Assembly: GCA_963813715.1 (NCBI GenBank)
Contig: CAWFAK010000017.1
Coordinates: forward strand, 416,001 to 480,000
Origin: an uncultured Planctomycetaceae bacterium
GTDB taxonomy: Bacteria > Planctomycetota > Planctomycetia > Planctomycetales > Planctomycetaceae
Direction: 5' to 3'
DNA length: 64,000 nt
Shown: positions 62,661 through 64,000 of the stretch, one piece after another
Numbering within the stretch: the first letter of the stretch is position 1
How the letters are laid out: the number at the start of each line of letters is the position of its first letter
Made by a program: the position numbers and the translations under genes
Notes under the pieces: generated by a model
What the model saw: the letters and a program-made list of their open reading frames with translations, nothing else
Told to the model about the DNA's origin: nothing
Database searches by the model: none

Positions 62661-63942
62661 TCACTCGTCCGAGAAGAAGAGCCGCTTCACCGCGTCCAGC
62701 AGACCCTGCGGCGTCCCTCTGCGGGCCTCGTCGCGGAGAGCCTCGAGCGGCGGATGCAAGAGTTTGTTGACGATGCGTTCGACGGTACGCTCGATGCCCC
62801 GCCGCTCGTCCGCGTCGAGCTGATGGAAACGCGAAAAGAGTTGGTCCAGTTCATCCTGGCAGACTTTGCGCCACCCAGCCCGCAGTTGCGAGATGATCGG
62901 GCCGGTCGCCTTGTGGTAGATGTCGTGCAAAAAGCGGTCGGTCTCTTCCTCGACGATGTGGCGGGCCCGCTCGATCTCCCGCACCCGCTGCCGCCGGTTC
63001 TGGTCACAAGTCGCCCGCAGCGCCTCGAGATCGTAAAGGAAAACGTTTTCATCGACGTCGGCCACTCTCGGCTCGAAGTCGCGGGGGGTTGCCAGGTCGA
63101 GAATGAACACGGGCTTGCCGTCCGAGGTTTCCCGGGCCGCGCGAAACCGGGCCACATCGACGATCGGCTGGGTCGCCCCTGTCGTGCTGACGATCACGTC
63201 GGCGGTCGACAGCCAGTGATCGAGCTCATCGAACGAACGGGCCGTTCCGCCCCATTCCGCGGCCAGACGCTGGGCGCGTTCCAGGCTGCGGTTGACGACA
63301 ACGATACTTTCGGCCCCCTCATCCTTGAGGTATCGCAAGCGTTTCCTCGGCCATCTCTCCCGCGCCGATCACGAGCACGGTTTTATCGGCGAAGCGGTCG
63401 AAAATGCTCTTGCCGAACTCGCCGACGGCCACGCTGGCGACCGAGACGCGACCGACAGCAAGCGCCGTCTCGCTACGAACCCGCGCGGAGACTCGCATCG
63501 CGCCTTGGAAGAGGGCGTGCGTGAGGGGGCCGCAGGCGTCATTTTCCTGGGCGACGCGATAGGCCTCCTTCACCTGGCTGACAATTTGCGGCTCGCCCAA
63601 CACCATGCTGTCGAGGCTGGAGGCGACCTCGAAGAGATGCCGGACCGCTTCGGGCCCCTTTTGCCACAAGAGCGCACCGCCCAGATCGTTTTGCGGCACT
63701 CCGTGAAATCGCGACAAAAACTCAGCCACCTGTTCCTGCGTGAGGGGAGCGTTGGCTTCGTCCTGGGCGGCGTAAATCTCGACGCGATTGCAGGTGGAGA
63801 GAACCACGTGTTCGGACTGGGGAAAAGTCGCGCGCAGCGATTCGTACGCCCGCGTCAGCTGCTCGACGGAGGCGAACGCCAGCCTTTCGCGCAGGGCCAG
63901 CGGCGTCGTCTGATGAGTGCAGTAAATCACCTGCACGTTCAT
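62661..63942 (-). CDS. hemA: Glutamyl-tRNA reductase, frameshift near 63335
   Basis: STCNRVE, SLDSMVLGEPQI, GAGEMA, DLATPRD, KLLHPP. Confidence 0.95.
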
Positions 63943-64000
63943 TGGCGGGCCGTCCCTTCGAGCTCGGCCGATCGCGCGGGATTGGCGACCGAAGCCTGGC

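Noticed and set aside
63939..64000. 3' end of a gene upstream of hemA
   Set aside because: Too little sequence to identify

Overview
GC-rich bacterial window, most likely a Planctomycetota genome (DUF1552/DUF1592 cytochrome pair, LEPR-XLL leader protein). At least 20 single-base frameshifts, including in zwf, hemA, hhyL, hypF and mdcA, look like uncorrected long-read errors, so split ORFs were rejoined. Contents in order: accessory oxidoreductases; two gene remnants; malonate decarboxylase operon mdcABCDEGH, bracketed by two diverged copies of an unexplained structured sequence and followed by a sirtuin lacking its zinc cysteines; Tat amine oxidase; DUF1552/DUF1592 pair; a ~2050-aa membrane protein; a zinc island (ZIP, ArsR, 26-His metallothionein-like protein, CDF) with a tRNA-3'-like scar; secreted FKBP; a beta-lactamase-fold protein lacking its catalytic residues; a group 1h high-affinity [NiFe]-hydrogenase cluster; FabZ + CrtI-like + aspC; a 45-aa Lys-rich protein with a long leader; pgi-DUF2090-gnd-zwf with pgl/ppgK; a DksA-like gene; hemA. 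REP-like palindromes recur. All family calls are by motif recognition; no database search was run.
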